Shown here piece after piece: positions 1-10,529 of a DNA stretch of 59,794 nt. Location of the stretch: positions 1 through 59,794 of the forward strand of contig NW_021833849.1 in assembly GCF_006345805.1 (NCBI RefSeq), given 5' to 3'. The position numbers and the translations under genes are program-made. The DNA is from Octopus sinensis (taxonomy: Eukaryota). The stretch's first letter is position 1, and every line of letters begins with the position of its first letter. The notes beneath the pieces were generated by a model. The model worked only from the letters and a program-made list of their open reading frames with translations, was not told the origin of the DNA and did not search any database.

Positions 1-97
1 TAGATTGCTTACGAACCATATGGTCCCGGGTTCAGTCCCACTGCGTGGTACCTTGGGCAAGTGTCTTCTGCTATAACCTCAGGCCGACCAAAGCCTT
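1..97 (+). mobile_element. tRNA-derived SINE head fragment (cut by window start)
   Basis: B-box-like gggttcagtccc followed by actgcgtggtaccttgggcaagtgtcttct; the same motif occurs at 37300-37460 and inverted at 16700-16780. Confidence 0.75.
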
Positions 98-276
98 ATA
101 TGATATAACGTCATAAGTAGCTAATAGAAAGAGTAGGGATACCCATAGTGAATGTTAAATATAAAAGAAATTAAAGTTTGAATTATATATAATTATAGAG
201 ACTACTTATATGCACTAAATGTATGTTTCTGCCAATGCTTACATCTGTATGCTCGCTTTATAACCGTGCTTACTAG

Positions 277-350
277 AGTATTTTTAGAAAAAATAATGAA
301 AAATAGCTCAGAATTGCAGAGAAGACAGAAATTCTTGCCTTTGTCATATG
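277..350 (+). CDS. Candidate internal exon of an unannotated host gene (VFLEKIMKNSSELQRRQKFLPLSY)
   Basis: Acceptor gtgcttactAG at 275-276 and weak donor GTatcg at 351; 74 nt open frame ending in phase 1, matching the next exon. Confidence 0.45.
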
Positions 351-395
351 GTATCGAAATTGAGAGAATCAACCATTCTAACTGAAATTGTTCAT

Positions 396-458
<63 letters not shown>

Positions 459-695
459 AGTACATGGAACTGTGTATGTGTACAAACATGCATTTATATA
501 TGTGTTTATACATGTAGATGCAGATGTATTAATGTGAGTCTGTATGTTCGTATATATATATATTTATTTATAGTATTTTTAAGTGTATATGTGATTATGA
601 ATGTATATTTTTATCTACGTATGTGGGTTTTATGTGCATCTATGACGTGTGTCTCATTTATAAATACAGCAATTATTTTCTATATCAATCCATAG

Positions 696-778
696 GCTGG
701 ACCAAATCCTTCGCATTTCGTTTGATTTTAAAATCTTTCAACGAATATAAAAAACCTGCTGAGAACATATCAAGAGCC
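696..778 (+). CDS. Candidate exon (G-WTKSFAFRLILKSFNEYKKPAENISRA)
   Basis: Acceptor ttttctatatcaatccatAG and donor GTgagt at 779; 83 nt, starts with 2 nt and ends in phase 0. Confidence 0.65.
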
Positions 779-1124
779 GTGAGTAGATATCTGCCCTCTC
801 TTTCTCCGAACACACACACACACACACACGCGCTGAACACGCGCACACATGCATACATTCACACACACACACACCACACACACACACATGCATATTTTAT
901 ACAAGAAATGCAAAACGTCAATTTAAATAGTGAGTGAGCTCAATACGTTTCGTAGATAGTGATATCGATTTTGTTAGCCTGATCAGCTTAAACACAAATA
1001 CATACATATGTAAAATTATTTCCTTATCTGTATCTTTTTATACTTCTCAACGCTTTTAAATCAAACTTTGTTTCTTGAATTTAATGTATGCATATATATA
1101 TATATACACATCTGGCTTTTGCAG

Positions 1125-1177
1125 ATGGAGCATGAGGTTTTAACCGTGACTGGAAAATTCCGAGTTGAATATCCTGG
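1125..1177 (+). CDS. Candidate exon (MEHEVLTVTGKFRVEYP-G)
   Basis: Acceptor tctggcttttgcAG and donor GTaagc at 1178; only frame 0 is open; ends in phase 2. Confidence 0.7.
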
Positions 1178-1451
1178 GTAAGCAAAAGCTTCTAACACAT
1201 TTATTCAAATTTATTTTGTTTTGTTCCAAACATTCGATTTTATCGCATGTATTATACGTCACCATGATCAACAGTGTTTTACTTGTGGCCCACAATATAC
1301 TAATTCGTACCTTCGACGAAATTCTTAAGTGTTTATCAATGTTTTATTATACAAAGGACAAACAAACCCATATAAAGATAAAGAGAGAACTGTGTATATA
1401 TATATATATATATGCATATATACATACACATACATACCCATATATATATAT

Positions 1452-4400
1452 AATCTAACAATAATTTAACATTACTTGAAAAGGTAGTGGGTAGCGAACT
1501 TCTTCACTACTTCAGGGAGTGACGACCCTGCCTGACACGAGTTCCGGGCTCAGCTGGCTCCGGCTGACAGTACCCGGTATGGGCCCCTATCAAGGGTTAC
1601 GGAAAGGAGACAACCTTCAAAGAAATCCGGAGTGGAGCCATGAAGGCGGTCTAGTGTTCGACTCGACACTCTTCCGGCAGCTCCTGCAACCAAGCTGGTG
1701 CCAAACGTAATGCACTGCACTCCTTTGGACTACATCAGCAAGGTCGAGAGAGGAAACCTGACGATTGGGTTACTCAGGACTTTCTGATCTATAGCCCAGA
1801 CCTGCGCAAACCTGGAGAGGACACTTCAGTGCTGCTGTAAAAAGCTGCAGAAACAACACGGGAGGTAACAGTCACGAGTGATAAGTCTATTCAGATTGGC
1901 GTAAAATATGGGCGCTACGGGTTACCTCTGACGGTGGGAGGGACCTCCGTGTCCTATTGGTTAGCTACTGCCCACCTCAAGCTGGGCAGCCCCCAGTTAA
2001 TAAGGTGCTGACCCGCCACAGGTCGCCTGCTTCATTGGGTGCTTGAAGCTAAGAGTATGACTTGAAAAGCGGCCTGCAACCTCTGCACCAGGCAAACAAC
2101 TAAAAGTCAAGAAAACACCAGTTGTGCGGTTGGCAAGCTGGAATGTGAGGACCATGTGCCCTGGAATATCTGATGATCTACTCAGGGTTGAAGACACAAG
2201 GAAAACGGCCATCATTGACCGTGAACTAAAGAGGATCAACATAGATATTGCTGGGCTGCAGGAGACAAGTCTCCCCTCAAACGGCAAACTCAAAGAGCAG
2301 GATTTCACCTCCTTTTGGCTGGAAGCGATCCAGAAGAACCTCGTCAGCATGGCGTTGGCTTTGTGGTGAGAAACTCATTACTCTCCTCAATAGAACCACC
2401 ATCAGGAGGCACTGAGCGTATCCCCTCACTGCGCCTCTCGACTTCTTCTGGCTCAGTACATCTACTCAGCATCTCTACTCCCACTCTCTACAGCTCAGAG
2501 GAGACCAAGTACCAGTTCTACAAAGATCTCAACTGTGTCATAGAAAATATACCAACGACTGAAAATATCTACCTTCTGGGGGATTTTAACGCTCGCATGG
2601 GATCTGACCATGATTCGTGGCCCAATAGTGTTGGACACTTTGGTATTGGCAACATGAATGACAATGGTCAGAGACTACCCGAATTCTGTACATACCACAA
2701 CCTGTGCATCACAAACACATTCTTTACCAACAAGCCTTCCCACAAGGCATCTTGGAGACATCCAAGATCTCACCACTGGCATCAGCTGAATCTCATCATT
2801 ACACGGAGATCCTTTCTGAATTCTTCTCTATTGACCCGCAGTTACCACAGCGCGGATTGTGACACAGACCACTCACTAATTAGAAGTAGGGTGAGGATTC
2901 TGCCTAAAAAAGTCCATCGCTTCAAGAAAGTGGGCCGACCACGCATTAACACTGCCAGAACCTCGGAACCTACACTGCGAAAATGTTTTGCTGCTTCTAT
3001 CAAGGTTGCCCTCAGTAGCTGCCCAACCTCCTCTGCTGAAAGTAGGTAGAACTATATCAGGGAAGCTTTGTATACGACATCAATAGATACTTTCGGCATG
3101 AGAGAAAGGCAAAGCTCAGATTGGTTTAATGCTTGGCTCTCAGAGCTGGAACCAGTTATCAAAGCAAAGCGTGCAGCTCTGATGGAATACAAGAGTGATT
3201 CTTCTACAAAGTCACTCGAAGAACTCAGAAAGGCACGAAATAAAACCCAACTGACAGCCAGACGCTGTGCAAATAGGTATTGGCAGGAAATCTGTCAGAG
3301 TATCCAGTCAGCTGCTGACAGTGGCGACACCTGTGGGATGTATGCCGGTTTGAAGAAGGCCCTCGGTCCATCCGCAACCAAGTCAGCCCCTCTGGAGATC
3401 TCATCAGGGATCAAGGCAAGCAAATGGATAGATGGGTGGAGCACTAACAGGATCTCTACTCACGGGAGACTACAGTGGCTGAGGTTGCAGTCGAGAGTGT
3501 CAAGATCTTGCCAGTAATGTGCGAACTTGACAGTCCGCCATCTATAGCAGAGCTCACCAAGGCTGTTGACTCCCTAGCAAGAAATAAGGCTCCGAGAAAA
3601 GACGGCATCCCCTCAGATATCATCAAAGCCGGCAAAAACACCATCCTGCTTCGGCATCTTCATGAGCTTCTGTGTCAGTGCTGGGAAGAGGGTACAGTCC
3701 CTCAGGATATGCGGGATGCCAACATCATTACGCTTTACAAAAACAAAGGTGACCGTGGTGATTGTAACAATTACCGTGGTATATCTCTTCTAAGCACTGT
3801 TAGAAAGACCTTTGCCCGCGTTATCCTGGCAAGGCTACAACTACTTGCTTCTCGTATCTATCCGGAATCGCAGTGTGGCTTTAGAAGAAGCAGATCAACT
3901 AACGATATGACATTCTCCGTACGCCAACTTCAGAGAGCAGAAAATGCCATTATATATGGCCTTCATTGATCTAACAAAGGCTTTTGACTCGGTAAGCAGA
4001 ACAGGCCTCTTCCTCCTGCTCCAAAAAATCGGATGTCCACCAAAGCTGCTGAGGATCATCAAGTCTTTCCATGATGACATGCAAGGCACCTTACAGCACA
4101 AAGGTTCAACATCAGCCGCCTTCCAAATAAAAAACCGGGTAAAGCAAGGTTGTGTCCTCGCTCCTACATTGTTTGGCATCTTCTTCTCGCTCTTACTCTC
4201 ACAAGCCTTTCAGACATAGATGATGGAGTGTTTCTACACAGTAGAAGTGACGGGAAACTGTTCAATCTCTCGCGCCTGTGTGCCAAGACCAAAATCAGAA
4301 ACGTCCTGATCAAGGAGATGCTATTTGCTGATGATGCCGCTCTGGTATCAGACACAGAAGCCCTCCAAAGGTTCATTGACTGTTTTGAGCAAGCATGTAA

Positions 4401-5330
4401 CGACTTTGGCTTAGCTATCAGCCTTAAGAAGACCAACATCATGGGTCAGGCTACATCGGACATCCCAAACATACATATTGGAGACCACAGATTACAAGAG
4501 GTGGAGAAGTTTACCTATCTGGGCTCTACCGTCACCTACAACCTATCCCTTGACGCTGAGCTCAATATACGCATTGGCAAGGCAGCTGCTGCGATGGCCC
4601 AACTCTCCAAACGGGCTTGGGACAACAATAAGCTGATCAAGACCACGAAAATGAAGATCTACCAGGCATGTGTACTCAGCACTCTACTGTATGGAAGTGA
4701 GACTGGACGCTATACACACGCCAAGAGCGTCGCCTAAACATCTTTCACCTGCGCTGCCTCCGAAAAATCCTCCACATCAAATGGCAGAATCATATCCCCA
4801 ACAAAGATGTCCTCAGGCAAGCAGGAATACCAAGCATGTTTGCACTCCTCACACAAAGACGTATGAGATGGCTTGGGCATGTTAGCCGTATGAAAGATGG
4901 CAGAATCCCCAAGGACATACTCTACGGAGAGCTTGCTAGCGGTACCAGGTCTGTGGGTAGACCGATCTTACGTTACAAGGATGTTTGCAAAAGGGACATG
5001 AAGGCCTGCAACATCAATATTAGCGGTTGGGAGGCAGTTGCCGGCAACCGTGGAGAATGGCGTCGTACAGTAAAAGAGGGAATACAAAGGAGTGACAGAG
5101 AGAGAGAGGAGAAATGGAAAGAAAAGAAGAGACGTCAACAAGAAACTATGACATTACAACCAGCCAGGAACAGTCTTCGCTATATTTGCGGTACCTGCCA
5201 GAGGGAGTGTTTGTCCAGGATAGGACTACACAGCCACAGCAGGAAATGTATCAGGATATGAAATATAAAAGCCGGACTGGACTATTTTATGCGCAACTCC
5301 ATTGTCTCCCGAGACAAAAAGGATGCCAAC

Positions 5331-5334
<4 letters not shown>
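1452..5334 (+). mobile_element. Full-length but inactivated RTE-clade (BovB-like) LINE, copy A
   Basis: APE start RLASWNVRT, GDFNARMG, DHSL; RT motifs NYRGISLLS, DLTKAFDSV, QGCVLAPTLF, LFADD; C-terminal CGTCQRECLSRIGLHSHSRKC; ~650 bp 5' UTR; broken by frameshifts and a TAG at 3047-3049. Confidence 0.95.

Positions 5335-5390
<56 letters not shown>
5335..5390. repeat. (TA)n microsatellite at the RTE 3' end
   Basis: Perfect TA run of ~56 nt. Confidence 0.95.
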
Positions 5391-5392
<2 letters not shown>

Positions 5393-5707
5393 CAAATTAA
5401 GGAACGTCCATAATAGGCCGTTCAACCCACTAGAAATAACAGCCAAGGCTTCAACCGCAAAATAGTAGTAATTCCGCAAACCAGGAGAAAATTAAAAAAA
5501 ACATTTACCCTGTTACACTTTATACAATGCATTGTTTCATCGATTTTTAATGGTAAATCTGCCTGATTAAATTGAATCAAGCTAATCTTACATACGCCAA
5601 CAGATTCATCAGTAAAGTAAGCCAGGAGGGAGAGATATTTACACGAGGCAGCACCACTACCGCTTCGGCAATATCTAACCTAAAATTTGTTGCTACCCTA
5701 TATTGAT

Positions 5708-5741
<34 letters not shown>

Positions 5742-6077
5742 GAAGGATAAGATCAATATTTAAATATCGATTTTATCAGGTGGCCAGCATGGGAATAAAA
5801 ACCATCAAAGGTAACACTTATTTAAAATTATAATGTAGGGTAATAGCAGTCAAAACTTGACTCTAGAGCCACATTAAATGTTCATATAGCACCAGGAGAG
5901 AAGACGAAGAGACAAAATAGAATAGCAAACATTTCTGGATAATTCCAGATCCCGGATTTCTGACTCTGCATAAGAAATGCTCTGCCTTCATCAGTGGAAT
6001 ATACTCAGAAAAGCAAATAAATACAAATATATACATATACAACATACGATATACTTACATATACGAATGTATTTATA

Positions 6078-6175
<98 letters not shown>

Positions 6176-6286
6176 CGTGTATATATAAATCAAGGCGGCT
6201 ATCAGCATTTTAAGACCAACAGGGAAATAATTCACAATCACTAAAGGTGACAAGAGTGCGGTGAGCACCAGCATTATTAGAAATAT

Positions 6287-6516
6287 TAGTCATAGACTAT
6301 TTCGTTTTGGGATTTGGTTTGCAAGATTCTTTATATGAGTTCGTGTGTTGAAGCATATTCTGTTCTGTCTGGGGAGAGCCATTTTCTTTTTGTGCCTTAT
6401 AATTCCACACACTCACTAGTAATATTTCAACGTATTTCTTATTTTTATTTTCCTAAAACATTTCGTTGAGTCTTGCAAACTTTTACCAGTGATTGTGTTA
6501 AATTATAGTCATAGAC
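6287..6516. repeat. ~210 bp interspersed-repeat-like segment bounded by an 11 bp direct repeat
   Basis: tagtcatagac at 6287-6297 and 6506-6516; family not identified. Confidence 0.4.
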
Positions 6517-6799
6517 ACCTTAGCCATAAAAAAAAACACATAGTGCATTGGCAGGGGGGGGAGAACATTCCCCACGGTAAGCCAGATGGATTAGATTAAC
6601 ATGGTAATTTCTTATAAGAAGTTAATACTCATCAGCAATGCTCACTCCATTACGGCTGGTGGAGGTTAACTCCCGCCTGTCAATATCATTGAGAATGACA
6701 TAAAAATGAGTGATTGATTTCACAAAATGGCAATGTGAAGATTATAAAATAATTAAGGTGGCTAACACGCAATTTAAAACCAACCAGGTAATTACATAT

Positions 6800-6830
<31 letters not shown>

Positions 6831-7083
6831 GATACGTTTATAAAAATTTATACACGGAGGGAAGACCACCATGTGGATTTCTTACATGCTAAAGAGGGCA
6901 AGCCACGGTACTGGACGAATATGTTCTTAACACTAACTTTTAGTCACCCGCTTGTAGTTCTAGCCTTCTTCACTAATTCTGTTCTCAACCATACTGAATG
7001 CGGTTATTTTACCTATGATGATCCAATCCTAAGCTATATTTGAATATAGAAATAATTGAAACAAAACAATTAATCTCTTTAAG

Positions 7084-7166
7084 TGTTCAAAGTCAACTGC
7101 GGCGCAATATCTCCCAAGTTTTGAACAAATTCCAGGCATTGCTCAACATGAATTTGCTTGATGAAA
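7084..7166 (+). CDS. Candidate exon (VQSQLRRNISQVLNKFQALLNMNLLDE)
   Basis: Acceptor attaatctctttaAG and donor GTaagt at 7167; the only open frame begins with 1 nt, completing GG|T from exon 1125-1177; ends in phase 1. Confidence 0.65.
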
Positions 7167-7456
7167 GTAAGTATCGTGTTTCTTCATTTTTTTATCACCA
7201 TTACCGTCATAATTAGCTTCATCAATCACCATTACCATCCTCTTCGTCGTTGTCGTCATCATCAACCACAATGGATGATACCTTAGGACACAGACTCCCT
7301 CCCTCTCTCTCATACATACAACTATTCATTTACATTTTCTCGAAGCTTGGATAATTTCAATAAATCAGCATTTTATTTGGCTCTTTTCCGTTTCTTGTCC
7401 CTACGGAACGGTTTGTCTAACCGAGGGCAAAAATGTTTTCTTCTAATTTTGTATAG

Positions 7457-7551
7457 AAGTAGAAGATGCAGACTCTACTGGGCAGAATAATTCACACAAT
7501 TCCAGTACTTTCTTTAATTCACTCAGGAAAATTATTCAATGCTGCAAATAA
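7457..7551 (+). CDS. Candidate terminal coding exon (K-VEDADSTGQNNSHNSSTFFNSLRKIIQCCK*)
   Basis: Acceptor ttctaattttgtatAG; phase matches the previous exon (A|AA); TAA at 7549-7551. Confidence 0.6.
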
Positions 7552-8029
7552 TTTTCCTCAGCGAAAATTCATTTTGTTCGACGTGATCATATTAATTTTT
7601 GAATTAGGATCGATAGATACACACACAGCTTATACGCTTTAACTCATCTCTAAGAGATATAAAAGAGGAATAAATCACATCCCATTGCCGAACAATGATA
7701 TAATTTTTTTTCTCTTCGTTTCCATTCATTTCATTTTACCACTGCCAAATCAATATAATGTCTATCTATTTCCGGCATAAAAGAGGTTTATGCGCATCCG
7801 GTCAGTATGTCTAAGTAGTGGTCAATATTGAGGAAATGCAACAATGGAGGCCGCGAAACAGACAGAAGCATTTTTACTAGTCAAATCCCGTAACAAATTA
7901 TATATTGCTCGGGAAAATGTAAAAATATATATACATATACACGTACATATTTCGGGATGGTCATGTTATTTATTATTTAAAAAAATATATAAATGAATAA
8001 ATATATGTGTGCATATATATATTGTGTGC

Positions 8030-8203
8030 CCAGGTAGAGTACACGGGGATCTCTACGTTCATCAGTGTTCGGGCAAACAGATCACATCGGCATAATTTGA
8101 AGAAGGCTGTCAAAGTAGTTTCTCATGGATTCAGATCTACGTTTCGAGCATTGTCTTCTGTGAAATATACACGCTGGCCATTTTCAAGATGTACGGATAG
8201 ATT
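8030..8203 (-). mobile_element. Helitron Rep/helicase coding remnant
   Basis: Minus strand reads NLSVHLENGQRVYFTEDNARNVDLNP*ETTLTAFFKLCRCDLFARTLMNVEIPVYSTW, matching the conserved Helitron VHLENGQRVYF...TTLTAFF..C...FARTLLY..P..YTW segment. Confidence 0.85.
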
Positions 8204-8553
8204 TTAGGAAAGTGTTCCTACATGTAAACAGGATGTGACATTTGTGTTGACAGTGTATTTGTCTAAAAGCAGAACCGTCCTTCCATCAGCGCTTGTCAAT
8301 TGGCTGAAGTAACAAGAAAGGCATCGTCATTCATTGTATATTCGTGAATAAGTCACAAACTGAAATACGTTGATCTATTGTTTAGGGAAATATTATTTAC
8401 TTGTTTAAGGGTTGTACTGGATACATAGCGAAAACAGCTCTAACAGTTCGAATAGTAAGAAATAAACATATATATATATATACAAATTCATACTATCCGG
8501 TAATTAATGTGCTTAAACTTTTATATTTTATGTTTTTTTCATTATGTTTCCAG

Positions 8554-8606
8554 GTTCAAGTACTGGTAATGGAACAGAGGATAGAACAGCAGAAACAAAC
8601 TTTTGA
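8554..8606 (+). CDS. Possible alternative terminal exon (S-SSTGNGTEDRTAETNF*; another open frame reads VQVLVMEQRIEQQKQTFE*)
   Basis: Strong acceptor tttttttcattatgtttccAG at 8552-8553; compatible with phase 1 from exon 7084-7166. Confidence 0.4.
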
Positions 8607-8667
8607 GTGAAAATCGAAAAAGAGCCTCCAAGAATCGTCTTTGATGATATTTTATGCTATAAAACGA

Positions 8668-8983
8668 TATTTTCTGCATATATAATACAAAATAAAATTT
8701 TCTCCATATATAATATAAAATAATATTTTCTCCATATATAATATGAAATAATATTTTCTCCATATATAATATAAAATTATATTTTCTCCATATATAATAT
8801 AAAATTATATTTTCTCCATATATAATACAAAAATAAAATTTTCTCCATATATAATATAAAATAATATTTTCTCCATATATAATACAAAAATAAAATTTTC
8901 TCCATATATAATATGAAATAATATTTTCTTAATATATGATATAAAATAATATTTTCTCCATATATAATATAAAATATTCTTTC
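8668..8983. repeat. AT-rich minisatellite, ~28 bp unit, 11 copies
   Basis: Unit ttttctccatatataatataaaataata; the paralogous site 22261-22378 has 4 copies. Confidence 0.9.
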
Positions 8984-9427
8984 CTTGTAACGACACTATA
9001 ATTGTACGTTTCAATACAACACTATGCATGCATGAGACTGTATAATCCACCATGATGTAATTTAAACAAGTTTCAGGGCCTCACTATGGCTTGAAACAGA
9101 AAATATTGCATGATTTGAAATTATATTGATATTCTATCTTCTTGCCAATTTAATGTTATCAATGTAAGCTTTAGAATTGTTAAATAAAGGATTAAATCTG
9201 ATCTGTTGCTACCGTTCGTTTTCTAGATGAAATACTGTAATCCCGCAGACTAAGATCAAATACTACCGGAAGAGGCATTGATTCCATTTGTTATTTTAAA
9301 CATTCCACTAAAATGTTAAAACTTGCAAAATGTATCATGTTGATTAGATTTACGATCATTTATCTAATTAGTATTATCAGGTCATTCAATTGTCATTGTT
9401 CAAGTAATCAACATTTCACAAACAGCT

Positions 9428-10074
9428 GGAATGGAAGCACTCCGTCGGTTACGACGACGAGGGTTCCGGTTGATCCGAATCAACGGAACAGCTTGCTCGT
9501 GAAATTAACGTGTAAGTGGCTGAGCACTCCACAGACACGTGTACCCTTAACGTAGTTCTCGGGGATATTCAGCGTGACACAGAGAGTGACAAGGCCGGCC
9601 CTTTGAAATACAGGTACAACAGAAACAGGAAGTAAGAGTGAGAGAAAGTTGTGGTGAAAGAGTACAGCAGCGATCACCACCACCCCTTGCAGGAGAACTC
9701 TGTCGGTTACGACGACGAGGGTTCCGGTTGATCCGAATCAATGGAACAGCCTGCTCGTGAAATTAACGTGTAAGTGGCTGAGCACTCCACAGACACGTGT
9801 ACCCTTAACGTAGTTCTCGGGGATATTCAGCGTGACACAGAGAGTGACAAGGCCGGCCCTTTGAAATACAGGTACAACAGAAACAGGAAGTAAGAGTGAG
9901 AGAAAGTTGTGGTGAAAGAGTACAGCAGGGATCACCACCATCCCCTGCCGGAGCCTCGTGGAGCTTTAGGTGTTTTCGCTCAATAAACACTCACAACGCC
10001 CGGTCTGGGAATCGAAACCGCGATCCTATGACCGCGAGTCCGCTGCCCTAACCACTGGGCCATTGCGCCTCCAC
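9428..10074 (-). mobile_element. tRNA-derived SINE with a duplicated body, flanked by a 12 bp TSD
   Basis: Head ggaggcgcaatggcccagtggttag (A box) ... ggtttcgattccc (B box); bodies at a ~258 bp period; TSD tcacaaacagct at 9416-9427 and 10075-10086; empty site at ~22811. Confidence 0.92.
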
Positions 10075-10529
10075 TCACAAACAGCTACATTCCAATCAAA
10101 GCACCGGACGTAGATTCGTCTTCTACACGTTCATGTCTACTTTCACTCCATCAATGTTACACTAACACGGGACTGCGCATGCCTCAATGTCTTCATTGAA
10201 GTAGTTTCTTAGTTATATTCTCTACATGATATTCGGGCCCATTAGGCCGCAGTCTCTCTCGGGATCCAACATATTCCAACCCCCGGGGATAGAAGACACC
10301 CCACTAAAAGAGATGCCAGTCTGTTGCAAGTTTAACCCTTGGTTGTTGCTGGTATTTCTTCTCAGATGACTGCACTGGAAGTGTTTAAGGACACTTTAAG
10401 AAGCATGTGGAGAAATATAGTCCAATAGGGGATGCTAGAAATAACAGCCAAGTATGTTAAAGTTTGGTTTTGTGTTTCATATGAAAATGAAGGACACTTC
10501 GAAACTCTTCTGTCTCCTTCCTCATTCTG

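Noticed and set aside
1519-1710. Host small protein (63 aa, also 18112-18303)
   Set aside because: GTG-initiated, inside the RTE 5' UTR, and conserved only through the duplication
1997-4442. Antisense ORFs overlapping RTE, CR1 and Dong coding regions
   Set aside because: Shadow frames of TE coding sequence with no independent motifs
4796-7778. Splicing as the cause of the deletion in duplicate B
   Set aside because: No GT-AG or GC-AG boundaries on either strand
9995-10074. tRNA gene on the minus strand
   Set aside because: It has A and B boxes but no acceptor-stem closure, runs into a SINE body and lies within a TSD
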